Shown: one piece after another, positions 25,852-36,301 of the stretch
Numbering within the stretch: the first letter of the stretch is position 1
How the letters are laid out: every line of letters begins with the position of its first letter
Source: Clostridia bacterium
GTDB taxonomy: Bacteria > Bacillota > Clostridia > Oscillospirales > Acutalibacteraceae
DNA length: 64,000 nucleotides
Direction: 5' to 3'
Assembly (NCBI GenBank): GCA_900755895.1
Contig: CAAEIG010000052.1
Location: forward strand, 26,268-90,267
Notes under the pieces: generated by a model
Databases searched by the model: none
What the model was told of the DNA's origin: nothing
Seen by the model: only the letters and a program-made list of their open reading frames with translations
Program-made: the position numbers and the translations under genes

Positions 25852-28743
25852 TTAGCGGTTGCTGTCAAACTGGCTGATATTGTCCGGGAAATGGAACCCG
25901 TAGGTATTCTTTGTCCAATATCCGCTGCTGTGATAGGCCTCATAGTAGTTGCCAAAGAAGAAGATCTTGCACTCTGCCAAACGGCGATACACCAGGCCTG
26001 AAATACCGCCGGTATTCCACTGGAGGAAGTTGTTGGCAAGGACGGTGGAATCCGCCCAGCCCAAGTCACAGGGAGCACTGCCTGAAAGCCGCACATATCC
26101 TGCGGGCATCCAGCCTACCTGGCCGCTGGAGGTGGTCACCTGGTACCAAACCTCCTGCTGAGTGGAAGAACGGTAGTCCTTGTATGCCTTCACGATAACA
26201 GTGCTGCCCAGAGACAGCGAAGTCACCAGATTGCTGTTGATACTCGTGCTGGAGTACACCGGCGCTTTCCCAAGATCCACGTCCGTGACGTTCACCGTAC
26301 CAGTACGTGGGCTGGAACTGGAAATCCCTCTGGGATCTGTAGCGTTGAGCATGGCCAGGCAGTACCCATACTGGGTGGAGAGCACTCCGGAACCGTGGTT
26401 ATACACAAAGCTAGTCAAGGCATCGAACTGGGCCTGACTCATCTTGATGTTGTTGCTCTTTCGGAAGTTTTCCACCGCATCTCCATAGCTACCATTATTC
26501 ACCATATTCACCAGCTGAGCATATGCCTCCTCCTCGGTCAGGTTGTTGTAGAAGGAGGAGTTCTTTTGCACAACGTAGCCATAGCCCACGGTGGGATTGC
26601 CCGTGGCAATGTTGTCATCACGGATCTCGGAGATCAGGCCCTCAAAGTTGGCCAGCACCGCAATGCCATCTCCGCTGGGAATCCTGGAATCATAGGTGGC
26701 CGTGGTGGAGCTGACATTGCTCGCAGTCACCCGCATGGTGAACTCATAGTAGTCCGTGGACCAAGTACCCGCCGCCACAGTGTTGGAATACGCGCGAATG
26801 GTGTAATCACCAGCAGCACTGAACTGCACAGTCCGACGGAAAACCTTCACCGTGTTGGTGGGCAATCCGTGAGTGGAAGTCTGGCTGGCAGTTTCAGACT
26901 CTGTGGCAATATAGGCGCCCTGTGCAGGACCGTCCACAATGACAAATCGCATCTCTGCCCGGCTGGTATCCGTAATGCCAACCAGGTCAAAATTGGTGTT
27001 TACAGGTACGATATTACCGTCAGCATAGGCAAAACGCACGGGCTCTGCCGCAGTGACTGTAACCTGACAGGTTGCCTTCGCTCCTGCACCGTCGGTAAAG
27101 GTGATCGTAGCAGTGCCGGGCTTCACGCCGTACAGCATGGCACCCTGGCTGTTGCCGCCATAGCTCACCGTATAGCCGGTGGAAACCACACTGGAATCAC
27201 TGCTCTCCCAATACATGGCCCCAATATTGGAGGTGACAGAACCGTCCAGACGGACACTCTCATACTGAGAAATGGTCAGCTTTGTACTGCTGAGGGAAGC
27301 ACCTGTGGCAGTCCCTCCACCGCCTCCAGAGGCGTTGTCCACCACATACTCACCGCTGACATAACCAGTGAGGCCGCCTTGGGTCTTGACGCCCAACCAT
27401 CCGTTACTCTCTACAGAGGTGACGGTAATCACCGTTCCCGTGGCCAAGGTGGTAATGGCGGTATAACTAGTTCCGGGGCCACTGCGCAGACGCAAACTGG
27501 GTTCCGCTGTGACACGCACCTTCTGACCCACGTAGAAACCGTCTCCCGGATCGGGATCGGGATCAGGATCAGGCTCCGGCTCAGTGAAAGCTTGGTATGT
27601 AAACGCCACATACTCCTGGCTAACATAACCGGTAGCTCCTGTTTTCGTCTTCACCCCAACCCAGCCATTGGACACTGAGGTGACAGAAAGCAACGTGCCC
27701 ACACTGAGCACCTCAATGGGATCGTAGCTGGTGCCAGGACCTTTGCGCATCCGCAGACCGCCCACGGCAATCACGCGCACTGTGTCTCCGGTTTTGATCG
27801 TTTCCTCCACCGGGTCCGCTGCTTCTGCGATATGTTCAAAAGCCCAATACGTGGTGGCTACGTCTTCAAACTCCTGCAGGGTCTTATCCGCCGCAAAACC
27901 ATCGCCGGTACGTCCCAAGGCGTTATTCAGAATCGCCGTGACCTGGGACCGCTTGAGCGTGTCCTCAGGACGGAAAGTCCCATCGTCAAAGCCGCTGATC
28001 CATCCCATGGAAGCTGCGGAACAGATGACCTCTTCCGCCCAATGCCCCTCGATATCGGTAAATGATGCCGTTCCGGTCTCCATCTCGAAGCACTTGGCCA
28101 AAGCAGTCACAAACTCTGCTCGGGTCACCGTGTTGTTGGGACGGAAAGTGCCATCGCCATATCCACTGAGCACTCCCACATCCACCAGTACATTGACGGC
28201 AGTGTAATACCACTGACCCTGGGACACGTCGGAAAAGTGCCCCTCCTGTACCGCAGGTTTTGCCGCCAACAGATTGTACAGCACCTGCGCCATCTCTGCC
28301 CGGGTCATGCTCCGCTCCGGGAAGAACCGAGAGCCAGACTCTCCGGACATATAGGCCTTATGGCCGGTGGTTACCAACAAAGGATATGCACCGTAGGTCT
28401 CCTCCTTGGTGTTCTCCAGAGATGAGGTTTCCTCTTCTTCGCCCTCTTCTCCATCCAGGGCATCCTCCGAAGCCGTCTCCTCCTCAAGCGTTGAGGATTC
28501 CGAGGACTCCTCCAAAGCTGAAGAGGCCTCTTCTCCGCTAGAAGTTCCCGTCTCCGGCTGGGTAGTCTCCTCCTGATCATCGTTCTGGGGGGAATCTGCA
28601 ACCGAGGACTCTTCCTCCTGTGAGACCACTTCTGTGTCTGACGAAACAGTCTCCGCCAGGGCAGCTGGAGCCGGCAGTATCAACAACAGTACCAGCAACA
28701 ACGCCACCCATGTGGCGAACGTTCTCTTTTTCGTATTTCCCAC
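25852..28743 (-). CDS. Secreted SLH-domain cell-wall-anchored multidomain hydrolase (3x SLH, 2x SH3b, Big_2, GH24-lysozyme-like domain)
   Basis: Signal peptide MGNTKKRTFATWVALLLVLLLILPAPAALA. Three SLH repeats (FPERSMTRAEMAQVLYNLL..., FRPNNTVTRAEFVTALAKCF..., FRPEDTLKRSQVTAIL...). Two SH3b-like units (VRVIAVGGLRMRKGPGTSYDPIEVLSVG... and VRVTAEPSLRLRSGPGTSYTAITTLATG...) are joined by a PDPDPDPDPG linker. Big_2-like segment. Lysozyme-like NPTVGYGY...QAQFDALTSFVYNHG. Confidence 0.7.
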   Translation of the reverse strand: MGNTKKRTFATWVALLLVLLLILPAPAALAETVSSDTEVVSQEEESSVADSPQNDDQEETTQPETGTSSGEEASSALEESSESSTLEEETASEDALDGEEGEEEETSSLENTKEETYGAYPLLVTTGHKAYMSGESGSRFFPERSMTRAEMAQVLYNLLAAKPAVQEGHFSDVSQGQWYYTAVNVLVDVGVLSGYGDGTFRPNNTVTRAEFVTALAKCFEMETGTASFTDIEGHWAEEVICSAASMGWISGFDDGTFRPEDTLKRSQVTAILNNALGRTGDGFAADKTLQEFEDVATTYWAFEHIAEAADPVEETIKTGDTVRVIAVGGLRMRKGPGTSYDPIEVLSVGTLLSVTSVSNGWVGVKTKTGATGYVSQEYVAFTYQAFTEPEPDPDPDPDPGDGFYVGQKVRVTAEPSLRLRSGPGTSYTAITTLATGTVITVTSVESNGWLGVKTQGGLTGYVSGEYVVDNASGGGGGTATGASLSSTKLTISQYESVRLDGSVTSNIGAMYWESSDSSVVSTGYTVSYGGNSQGAMLYGVKPGTATITFTDGAGAKATCQVTVTAAEPVRFAYADGNIVPVNTNFDLVGITDTSRAEMRFVIVDGPAQGAYIATESETASQTSTHGLPTNTVKVFRRTVQFSAAGDYTIRAYSNTVAAGTWSTDYYEFTMRVTASNVSSTTATYDSRIPSGDGIAVLANFEGLISEIRDDNIATGNPTVGYGYVVQKNSSFYNNLTEEEAYAQLVNMVNNGSYGDAVENFRKSNNIKMSQAQFDALTSFVYNHGSGVLSTQYGYCLAMLNATDPRGISSSSPRTGTVNVTDVDLGKAPVYSSTSINSNLVTSLSLGSTVIVKAYKDYRSSTQQEVWYQVTTSSGQVGWMPAGYVRLSGSAPCDLGWADSTVLANNFLQWNTGGISGLVYRRLAECKIFFFGNYYEAYHSSGYWTKNTYGFHFPDNISQFDSNR

Positions 28744-28869
28744 AATTGACCTCCTAAACGGACATTATAATGCCCGATTTGCGAAAATAGTCGGATATAT
28801 TATAGCTTAAAGATTACAAAATTGCAATCTTTTGGGCACACAATTCACACTTCCCAGAAATTTCAAGAA

Positions 28870-28905
28870 AAAAGGCCGCCGCATTTTCTGCGGCAGCCTT
28901 TCTAT
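28870..28905 (-). terminator. Rho-independent terminator of ackA
   Basis: Minus strand aggctgccgcagaaaatgcggcggcct followed by tttttt. Confidence 0.6.
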
Positions 28906-28922
28906 AATATTCAGTAAAACAC

Positions 28923-30131
28923 TTACAGCTTTTCCACCAAAGCCTTGGTATCCCGAGCAATCACCAGCTCCTCGTTGGTGGGGATGACATAAACCTCCAT
29001 GGTGGAATCGGGAGTGGAGATCTTGCCTTCCTTGCCGCGAACCATCTCCTCATTGAGGGCGGAATCCAGTTTCACACCCAGGAAAGACAGATAGTCGCAA
29101 ACCACCTGACGGTGATGTGCCTGGTTCTCGCCGACACCGGCAGTGAAAACAATGGCATCGCAGCCACCAAGAGCCACCAGGTAGCCACCGATAAACTTGG
29201 AGATCTGGTACTCCAAAATGTCGTGGGCCAGCTTGGCACGCTCGTTGCCTTCGGCAGCAGCCTTGGTCACGTCACGGTCATCGCTGGAAACACCGGAGAT
29301 GCCCAGCAGACCGGACTTCTTGTTGAGCACCTGATCCATCTCGGAGGGGGTCAGATGCTCCTTCTCCATGATGAAGGTGACCACGGAGGGATCCAGGGTG
29401 CCGGTGCGGCTGCCCATCATAAAGCCATCCAGGGGAGTCAGGCCCATGCTGGTGTCAATCACCTTGCCGCCGTCAATGGCAGTGATGGAGGAACCATTGC
29501 CCAGATGGCAGGTAATCATCTTCATATCCTTGATATCCCGGCCCATGAGCTGAGCGCAGCGATGGCTTACGTAGCGATGAGAAGTGCCATGGAAGCCATA
29601 GCGCCGCACAGCGTATTTCTCGTAATATTCATAGGGAACATTAAACATGTAGGCCTTGGGAGGCATGGTGGCGTGGAACGCAGTGTCGAACACCACAACT
29701 TCGGGTACGCTCTCGCCAAACACCTCGCGGCAAGCGCGAATGCCCTGGCTGTGAGCCTTGTTGTGCAGCGGTGCCAGGGGAATCAGGCTCTCGATGTCCT
29801 CGATGACCTTTTCCGTCACCAAAACGGACTCGTGGAAGATGGAGCCGCCCTGCACGATACGGTGTCCCACAGCGGAAACCTCATCCAGGTTCTTGATCAC
29901 GCCGTACTCCTCGTCGATGAGGGCATTCTTCACCTGCATGAAAGCAGCAGCATGGTCCAGCATATTCACATTCTTTTGCAGCTCACGGCCATCGGCAGTC
30001 TTGTGGGTGAAAATACCGCCGGGCATACCAATACGCTCACAGTTGCCCTTGCAGACCATCTGTTCGTTGTCCATGTCGATGAGCTGATACTTCAAAGAAG
30101 AACTGCCCGCGTTGATGACGAGAATTTTCAT
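28923..30131 (-). CDS. ackA: Acetate kinase
   Basis: MKILVINAGSSSLKYQLIDM... and the full-length collinear acetokinase pattern (HLGNGSS, GFHGTSH). Confidence 0.9.
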   Translation of the reverse strand: MKILVINAGSSSLKYQLIDMDNEQMVCKGNCERIGMPGGIFTHKTADGRELQKNVNMLDHAAAFMQVKNALIDEEYGVIKNLDEVSAVGHRIVQGGSIFHESVLVTEKVIEDIESLIPLAPLHNKAHSQGIRACREVFGESVPEVVVFDTAFHATMPPKAYMFNVPYEYYEKYAVRRYGFHGTSHRYVSHRCAQLMGRDIKDMKMITCHLGNGSSITAIDGGKVIDTSMGLTPLDGFMMGSRTGTLDPSVVTFIMEKEHLTPSEMDQVLNKKSGLLGISGVSSDDRDVTKAAAEGNERAKLAHDILEYQISKFIGGYLVALGGCDAIVFTAGVGENQAHHRQVVCDYLSFLGVKLDSALNEEMVRGKEGKISTPDSTMEVYVIPTNEELVIARDTKALVEKL

Positions 30132-30345
30132 GTTTCGAATCTTTCCTTTCCAATCAATACCCCGGAAAAAGTCCTTGGCGCGGCAAAGCGCCCCAAACCT
30201 GCGTCACAGCCGCTTAGGGATCTTCCGGGCGCCATTTTTTGTCTGCCCCTTGTATGGGGAGGCTCGTTGATGTAAAATAGTTTGCAGTCTAAGCAGCTTT
30301 ATTTTAGAACATTTCCCGCGCAAATTCAAGGAGTTTTATTGGAAA

Positions 30346-31536
30346 ATGCAGGAGAAATTGAAGATTTCCGCCGTTATCTGCGAATTGAATCCACTTCACA
30401 GCGGTCACAAGGCCCTATTCACCCATGCCAAACAGAAGTTTGACGGGCTGGTATGCCTGCTTTCAGGGAATTACGTCCAGCGGGGAGAACCCGCCATCCT
30501 GGACAAGTGGGCTCGCACAAAGCTGGCCCTTCTGGCCGGTGCGGACCTGGTCATTGAACTGCCCCTGCCTTGGGCACTCTCAGGGGCGGAGCGTTTTGCC
30601 GCAGGGGGCGTTGCCCTTGCCAGGGCCTTGGGCTGTGTGGATACCCTGCTCTTCGGCGGGGAAACTGTGGACATTGCTCCCCTTTGGGAGTTGGCTAAAG
30701 CCCTCACCTCCCCGGATTTTTCCGCCTTGCTCCGACAAGAGGATGATGGCAGCTCCTTCGCCTTGCGACGGCAGCGAGCTGTCGCGAGGCTGGTTGGGGA
30801 ATCCACTGCTGCACTGTTGGAACGCCCCAACTGTATTTTAGGAGTGGAATACCTGAAAGCCATCCTCGCCCAAGGCGGAGGTCTTTCCGCAGAGGTCTTC
30901 CCCAGGCTGGGGGCGGGCCACGATATCCCGGAGTCCAACGGGCCCCTGCTCTCTGCAAGCCACGCCCGGCAGCTGCTGGGGGCTGGAGAGTTCCCCCTGG
31001 GACGGCTTCCGGAAGAAACGCTGCTGCTCTGGAAGGAGCTGACCGCCAAAGGACAATGTCCCGCCTCTCTTGCGCGGTTGGAGATGGCGGTGCTGTGCCG
31101 CCTGCGCTCCATGACGGTGGAAGATTTCGCCGCTCTGCCGGACATCAGCGAAGGTCTTGAGTACCGGTTGTACAAAGCTGCCCGTCATGCAATCAGGCTG
31201 GAGGAGTTCTATGAACTGGTCAAATCAAAGCGGTACTCTCACGCTCGGGTACGGCGGTTGGCTATGGCTGCCTTTCTGGGGTTGACTGCGGGTGTTCCAA
31301 CGCTCCCTCCTTATCTGAGGGTGCTGGGAATGACCTCCACAGGCGGGGCAATTTTAAAGCAGGCATCCCCCACCTTGCCCTTAGCGCTGCGCCCGGCTGA
31401 TTTCCAGCGCTTGGGTGGAGAAGCCTTGGCGCTCTTTGAGCAGGAGGCCCGCGCTGACGACCTATACGCCCTGGCACTTCCCAAACCCCAAGCCTGCGGA
31501 AGAGATTACACAGAGAAGCTTATCAAACTACCATAA
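30346..31536 (+). CDS. tmcAL: tRNA(Met) cytidine acetate ligase TmcAL (YlbM/UPF0348 nucleotidyltransferase)
   Basis: ISAVICELNPLHSGHKALF...LLSGNYVQRGEPAILDKWARTKLALLAGADLVIELP parallels B. subtilis YlbM (VVEYNPFHNGHLYH...MSGHFTQRGEPAIVSKWART). Confidence 0.75.
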   Translation: MQEKLKISAVICELNPLHSGHKALFTHAKQKFDGLVCLLSGNYVQRGEPAILDKWARTKLALLAGADLVIELPLPWALSGAERFAAGGVALARALGCVDTLLFGGETVDIAPLWELAKALTSPDFSALLRQEDDGSSFALRRQRAVARLVGESTAALLERPNCILGVEYLKAILAQGGGLSAEVFPRLGAGHDIPESNGPLLSASHARQLLGAGEFPLGRLPEETLLLWKELTAKGQCPASLARLEMAVLCRLRSMTVEDFAALPDISEGLEYRLYKAARHAIRLEEFYELVKSKRYSHARVRRLAMAAFLGLTAGVPTLPPYLRVLGMTSTGGAILKQASPTLPLALRPADFQRLGGEALALFEQEARADDLYALALPKPQACGRDYTEKLIKLP

Positions 31537-31585
31537 AAAACAGCGGCCCGGATACACTCCAAGCCGCTTTCTATTTGGCAATTTC

Positions 31586-32917
31586 TCATTGCAGATTTCG
31601 CAATCCTTTGGGGTAGTGGTTCTTCAACCGGCCTCCTGATGCCTTGCCAAATCCCATGGGGATCCCCCCAGCGCAGAGAGCCGTGTATCCCTTGCCATCA
31701 CAGTCAATCTCTTCCCCTCTGAGGAAGGCTAGAAGCTGGGGAGCGTCCCAGGAAAGATCATGAATCTGCCGGCACTCCTCTTTTTTTGCTGCTTGAAACA
31801 CCCCGTGAGATGGCTCCAGACGGCGGCCTTTTTGATGGGCCAGCTCCACACCTGCCCGCAGCACACCCAAACGGTCCAGCTCCGGAGCACCCTGGGGAAT
31901 CAGCACTACCCGATCCCCAAAGCGAGCTGCTGTCCCGGGATAGGGGATAGTGAACAGCTCTTCAAACAGAGCTCGGACCTCCGGGTCCTCCTTTTTGGTG
32001 AGGTACTGGGAAAAGCTCCCGGCAAGGCAGGAGTTCTCCCCCACCCGTTGGAACTTGGCCACAAAGTGCCCCTCTCCCCCATCCATAGGATAGATGCGAC
32101 ACACGGGCAGACCATTTACTCCGGGACGCCCAAAGGGAAGGTTCACGGGAAGCAACACAAACTCTGGATGGGCGGAAAGGAACCAGTTTACGTTCTCCTC
32201 GTTCTCCTCCCGGGAAAAGGTACAGGTGGAGTACACCAGCACGCCCCCCTCTTTGACAGCCAGGGCGGCAGAATCTAAAATGGCTCTCTGACGCTGGGCG
32301 CATGCGGCGGGCGCTTGAGGTGTCCACTGGGCTACAGCTTCCGGATCCCGGCGAAACATCCCCTCACCGGAACAGGGGGCATCCACTAACACTCGATCAA
32401 AAAAGCCCTGCAATGCTTCACACAGCTGCTGAGGATGGCAGGAGGACACCACCGCGTTCCGAACACCTAGCCGCTCCACATTGGATGCCAACACCTGGGC
32501 ACGGCTTTTGACAATCTCATTGGACCAGAGCAGGCCCTCACCCCCAAGAAGCCCGGCAATCTGAGTGGACTTGCCCCCCGGGGCGGCGCACAAATCCAGC
32601 ACCCGTTCTCCTGGCTGAGGATCCAGCACTGTGACTGCGGAACAGGCCGATGGCTCCTGGACATAGAACAACCCGGCATGATGGGCGGGCAGCCGTCCGA
32701 TCCCCTCCACTTCCCCGGGAAAGGTAAAGCTCAAGGGCGAAAAGGCGGTGGGGACTATGGGAAACGGCAAGCTCTCTATCAGCTGGTCCTCTCTGCATTT
32801 CAGGGGATTGCGCCGCAATCCCCGCTGGGAAGGCTGCTCCGTAGTTTTTAAAAAATCGGGATACTCCGGTCCCAACAATGCCTCCATCTCCTGCAGAAAT
32901 TCCTTTGGCAATTCCAT
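31586..32917 (-). CDS. 16S rRNA (cytosine-C5)-methyltransferase, RsmF/RsmB (NOL1/NOP2/Sun) family
   Basis: SAM-binding LDLCAAPGGKSTQIA, catalytic DAPCSGEGMFRRDPE, and a second Cys region YSTCTF. Start ambiguous (32917 or 32941). Confidence 0.75.
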   Translation of the reverse strand: MELPKEFLQEMEALLGPEYPDFLKTTEQPSQRGLRRNPLKCREDQLIESLPFPIVPTAFSPLSFTFPGEVEGIGRLPAHHAGLFYVQEPSACSAVTVLDPQPGERVLDLCAAPGGKSTQIAGLLGGEGLLWSNEIVKSRAQVLASNVERLGVRNAVVSSCHPQQLCEALQGFFDRVLVDAPCSGEGMFRRDPEAVAQWTPQAPAACAQRQRAILDSAALAVKEGGVLVYSTCTFSREENEENVNWFLSAHPEFVLLPVNLPFGRPGVNGLPVCRIYPMDGGEGHFVAKFQRVGENSCLAGSFSQYLTKKEDPEVRALFEELFTIPYPGTAARFGDRVVLIPQGAPELDRLGVLRAGVELAHQKGRRLEPSHGVFQAAKKEECRQIHDLSWDAPQLLAFLRGEEIDCDGKGYTALCAGGIPMGFGKASGGRLKNHYPKGLRNLQ

Positions 32918-33282
32918 AAACTTCCACACTCCCTTCCGCATAGAGACGCCCCCATCCTCCCACACTATGGTCGGAAAGGGGCGAAGCTTTATGAGCAATA
33001 AACGCAAAAACAAGTCCTTCGAAAACTCCCGCAATCAGCAGGAGAACAATCAGGCCCGCAATCCTCAGCAGGAAGTGCCGGATTACGGCTCCAAGAGCCA
33101 GAACCAGCAGCCTAAAATGAACCAAAAAGACTGCCGCGGCTAACTGACGTTTGGGGGAGCTGGATGCTTTGCATCTCCCTTTTGACGGCGCTTTTGCCGC
33201 CAAAACCACCAAACCTCAGCACAAGTTCATTCTCTTTTGGGGACGCATTGCAGAGAGTATTTTCTGCAATGCGTCTTTCTTT

Positions 33283-34200
33283 TTACTTCTGCCGCTTCTC
33301 CTTCAGACTCTGCAAGAGCTCCTTGAGGGAACGGTCATCCGGATGCATGGGCCGAAATCCCTCCCCTGTTACCTGAGCTGCTTCGCCTACAATAACAAAG
33401 GCGTGCTTATCCTCTTCGCGGATGATCCGCTGCAGCTGGAACACTTCAAACCGCCGCACCACGCAGAGCATGGTTTCGCTGGGCTCTCCCGTGTAGCCTC
33501 CTTGAGAGTCCAAATAGGTGACCGTGCGCTCCAGCTCTTGAATCACCCGGTCCCCCATAGCGCGCACCTTTGGGGACATGACAAAAAACAACTTTCCCGT
33601 ACCGGCATCCACGCCGTACAAAAATGCGTCGATCAGCCGGGTGGACACGAAAATGACAATACAGGCATAAATGGCATTCTCAATACTTCCATAGACAAAG
33701 GCGGAAACGGCCACAACGACGCCGTCCACTGCCAGCATCAACTTGCCCATGGACAGATGGGGCAGCCGGCGTCCCAGCAGTCGAGCCACCAGGTCCGTAC
33801 CGCCAGTGGTGGCTCCCCGAATGAAGATCAGGGACAAACCAACACCCTCGCAGGCGCCTGCGCACAGGGCCACCAAAATGGGATCCCCACGATACGCCGG
33901 AAGCCAGGAAAACACATCAATCATAAAAGAGGTGAGAAAAATGGCAGCCATGGTCTTGGCCACCAGCTTCCAACCAATCTCCATCACTGCCCAGATCACG
34001 ATGGGCGCGTTGATCAAAAAGGCCACCAGACCGATCGGCGTGCCAAATACGTAATTGAGCATGGTGGCAATACCGGTTACGCCTCCTGCGGCAATGTTGT
34101 TGGGCGCAGTAAAGATATTGACCTCCGCCGCATACACGATAGACCCAATCACCAGAAAAAACAGATCCAAAATTAAGGTTTTCACTTTGGCTGCCCGCAT
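33283..34200 (-). CDS. YitT-family membrane protein (DUF161 + DUF2179)
   Basis: Multi-TM N-terminus with GGVTGIATML and GGTDLVARLL motifs, plus a C-terminal DUF2179-like soluble domain. Confidence 0.75.
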   Translation of the reverse strand: MRAAKVKTLILDLFFLVIGSIVYAAEVNIFTAPNNIAAGGVTGIATMLNYVFGTPIGLVAFLINAPIVIWAVMEIGWKLVAKTMAAIFLTSFMIDVFSWLPAYRGDPILVALCAGACEGVGLSLIFIRGATTGGTDLVARLLGRRLPHLSMGKLMLAVDGVVVAVSAFVYGSIENAIYACIVIFVSTRLIDAFLYGVDAGTGKLFFVMSPKVRAMGDRVIQELERTVTYLDSQGGYTGEPSETMLCVVRRFEVFQLQRIIREEDKHAFVIVGEAAQVTGEGFRPMHPDDRSLKELLQSLKEKRQK

Positions 34201-34217
34201 CCCATCGCTCCTTTCTC

Positions 34218-34619
34218 CTATTGTGCCTTCCGTTCCTCCATGATCTTCTCAAAGAGCTCTCGCAGCCGAGCACTATCCCCTTTGAGATACAAATATCCAA
34301 ACAGCGTCTCCAGGGCTGTTGCACCGTGATAATCTGCCACCTCCGCATTCTTGGGAACATGCCCCACATGGGCGTTGCGCCCCCGCAGAGCCATATCCCG
34401 CTCCTCCTGGGAGAGGTCCGGCCACAACAGCTCCAATGCGTGAGCCTGAGCCTGGCAGCGGACCAACTCCACCTTGCGGCTGTGCAATTTCTTCACCGGG
34501 CAATTTCCCTGGGAAACCAGGTATTCCCGCACCAGCAGCTCGAACACCCCATCCCCCACAAAGGCCAGGGGCAACGGGCTCAAACCCTGGGGCGTTCCAC
34601 CCTGTAACAGCTTTTCCAA
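34218..34619 (-). CDS. mrnC: Mini-ribonuclease III
   Basis: LPLAFVGDGVFELLVREYLV... the RNase III catalytic signature in a 133-aa protein lacking a dsRBD. Confidence 0.8.
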   Translation of the reverse strand: MEKLLQGGTPQGLSPLPLAFVGDGVFELLVREYLVSQGNCPVKKLHSRKVELVRCQAQAHALELLWPDLSQEERDMALRGRNAHVGHVPKNAEVADYHGATALETLFGYLYLKGDSARLRELFEKIMEERKAQ

Positions 34620-34631
34620 TGACGACGCTCC

Positions 34632-35903
34632 TTACTCCACAAAGTCGAATTCCAGGTCATACATGTCCACAGTATCCCCTTCTTGACAGCCTGCCTGGCG
34701 CAGGGCGTCGATCACCCCGGTTTCAATCAGGACGCGCTGGAAATACTGCAGGGACTCTGTATCGTCAAAGTTGACGCTATTCATAATCTTCAGCAACCAC
34801 GGCGCCTTGACAAAATACACGCCGTCGTGATTCTGAATCTCAACCTGACCCCGCTGGAGCTCTTCCACAGGCTGAAGCACCGGTGCCTCAGCCTCATACC
34901 GGCGGATGGGCGGCAGCTTGGAAAGCTCTTCCAGCACTTTGTTCAGCAGGGGATCCACACCCTCGCGGATGGGAGCCATAATGGGGAAGAACCAATAGCC
35001 CTGCTCCTTGACAAAGGCCTCAAACTCAGCGATCTGCTCCTCCGTGGCCAGGTCGCACTTATTGCCTGCCACCAGCATGGGCCGCTGGGCCAACTCCGGA
35101 TTGAACCGGGCCAGCTCCCGGTTGATGATCTCAAAATCCTCCTTGGGATCCCGGCCCTCACTGCCGGAGACGTCCACCACATGGATAAGCAGCCGGCAGC
35201 GCTCCACATGGCGCAGGAACTGATGCCCCAGACCCACGCCTTCCCAGGCTCCCTCAATCAAGCCGGGAATATCAGCCATGACAAAAGACTTCCCCTGGGG
35301 CATGGTGACCACACCCAGCACGGGAGTCAAGGTGGTGAAGTGATAATTGGCAATGTTGGGCTTAGCCTGGCTGACCACCGAGATCAGCGTGGATTTTCCC
35401 ACGTTGGGGAAACCTACCAGGCCCACATCGGCCAAGAGTTTTAGCTCCAGCTGGACCTCCATCTCCTCACCGGGGGTTCCAGGCTTGGCAAACCGAGGCA
35501 CCTGACGGGTGGGAGTGGCAAAGTGGCTGTTGCCCCAGCCGCCCTTGCCGCCTTTGGCAATCACCTGAGGCTCTTCCCCGGACATATCCGCCAAAAGTCT
35601 GCCGGTAGCCACGTCCTTGACCAGGGTACCCCTGGGCACGCGGATCACCAGGTCCGGGGCGCTTTTGCCAAAACAGCGGTTGCCCCGTCCATTTTCTCCC
35701 CGATGGGCCGTATACTTGCGCTTGTAACGGAAATCCGCCAAGGTGGACAGGTTGTCATCCACCTGGAAGACAATGCTGCCTCCCTTGCCGCCGTCACCTC
35801 CGTCCGGTCCGCCAGCGGCCACGTATTTTTCCCGGTGGAAGGAGACGGCACCGTCGCCCCCGTCCCCGGCTTTTATCAAGATCTTCGCGGTGTCGATAAA
35901 CAT
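34632..35903 (-). CDS. obg: GTPase Obg
   Basis: MFIDTAKILIKAGDGGDGAVSFHREKYV...GGPDGGDGGKGGSIVF (Obg fold glycine repeats), G-domain GFPNVGKST, and a C-terminal TGS/OCT region. Confidence 0.9.
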   Translation of the reverse strand: MFIDTAKILIKAGDGGDGAVSFHREKYVAAGGPDGGDGGKGGSIVFQVDDNLSTLADFRYKRKYTAHRGENGRGNRCFGKSAPDLVIRVPRGTLVKDVATGRLLADMSGEEPQVIAKGGKGGWGNSHFATPTRQVPRFAKPGTPGEEMEVQLELKLLADVGLVGFPNVGKSTLISVVSQAKPNIANYHFTTLTPVLGVVTMPQGKSFVMADIPGLIEGAWEGVGLGHQFLRHVERCRLLIHVVDVSGSEGRDPKEDFEIINRELARFNPELAQRPMLVAGNKCDLATEEQIAEFEAFVKEQGYWFFPIMAPIREGVDPLLNKVLEELSKLPPIRRYEAEAPVLQPVEELQRGQVEIQNHDGVYFVKAPWLLKIMNSVNFDDTESLQYFQRVLIETGVIDALRQAGCQEGDTVDMYDLEFDFVE

Positions 35904-35988
35904 GGCAGTGTCCCCTTTCTCTCTGAAGAAAAAGGCTTCTTCCGGCAGTGCCCGAAGAAGCCCTTGGATGCTTGTTTTGCCGTCGCGC

Positions 35989-36267
35989 TTACTCAGCGTA
36001 AACGCTGACCTTCTTGCGGTCGGCGCCCATGCGCTCGAACTTCACCTTGCCGTCCACCAGGGCGAACAGGGTGTCGTCAGAACCGCGGCCCACGTTGGTG
36101 CCGGGATGGATCTTGGTGCCCCGCTGCTTAACGAGGATGTTGCCGGCCAGCACAAACTGTCCGTCGGCCCGCTTGACGCCCAGACGCTTGGACTCGGAAT
36201 CGCGGCCGTTCTTGGTGGAGCCCATACCTTTTTTATGGGCGAAAAGCTGGATATTGATCTTCAGCAT
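35989..36267 (-). CDS. rpmA: 50S ribosomal protein L27 (with cleavable N-terminal extension)
   Basis: [33 protein letters not shown]... Confidence 0.9.
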   Translation of the reverse strand: MLKINIQLFAHKKGMGSTKNGRDSESKRLGVKRADGQFVLAGNILVKQRGTKIHPGTNVGRGSDDTLFALVDGKVKFERMGADRKKVSVYAE

Positions 36268-36301
36268 GACGATCGTCTTCCTTTCTTTGAAAAATGTGGA
36301 T

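Noticed and set aside
27560-27592. Tandem gatcgggatcgggatcaggatcagg repeat
   Set aside because: Considered as a CRISPR or VNTR. It is simply the in-frame (Pro-Asp)n linker of the SLH protein. There is no array and no cas genes. Kept only as a note under the SLH finding.
26395-27678. 427-aa + ORF
   Set aside because: Antisense within the SLH hydrolase gene. Low-complexity, Gly/Arg-rich.
29112-30275. 387-aa + ORF
   Set aside because: Antisense to ackA, which is unambiguous.
33151-34176. 341-aa + ORF
   Set aside because: Antisense to the YitT gene. His/Gly/Gln-rich junk composition.
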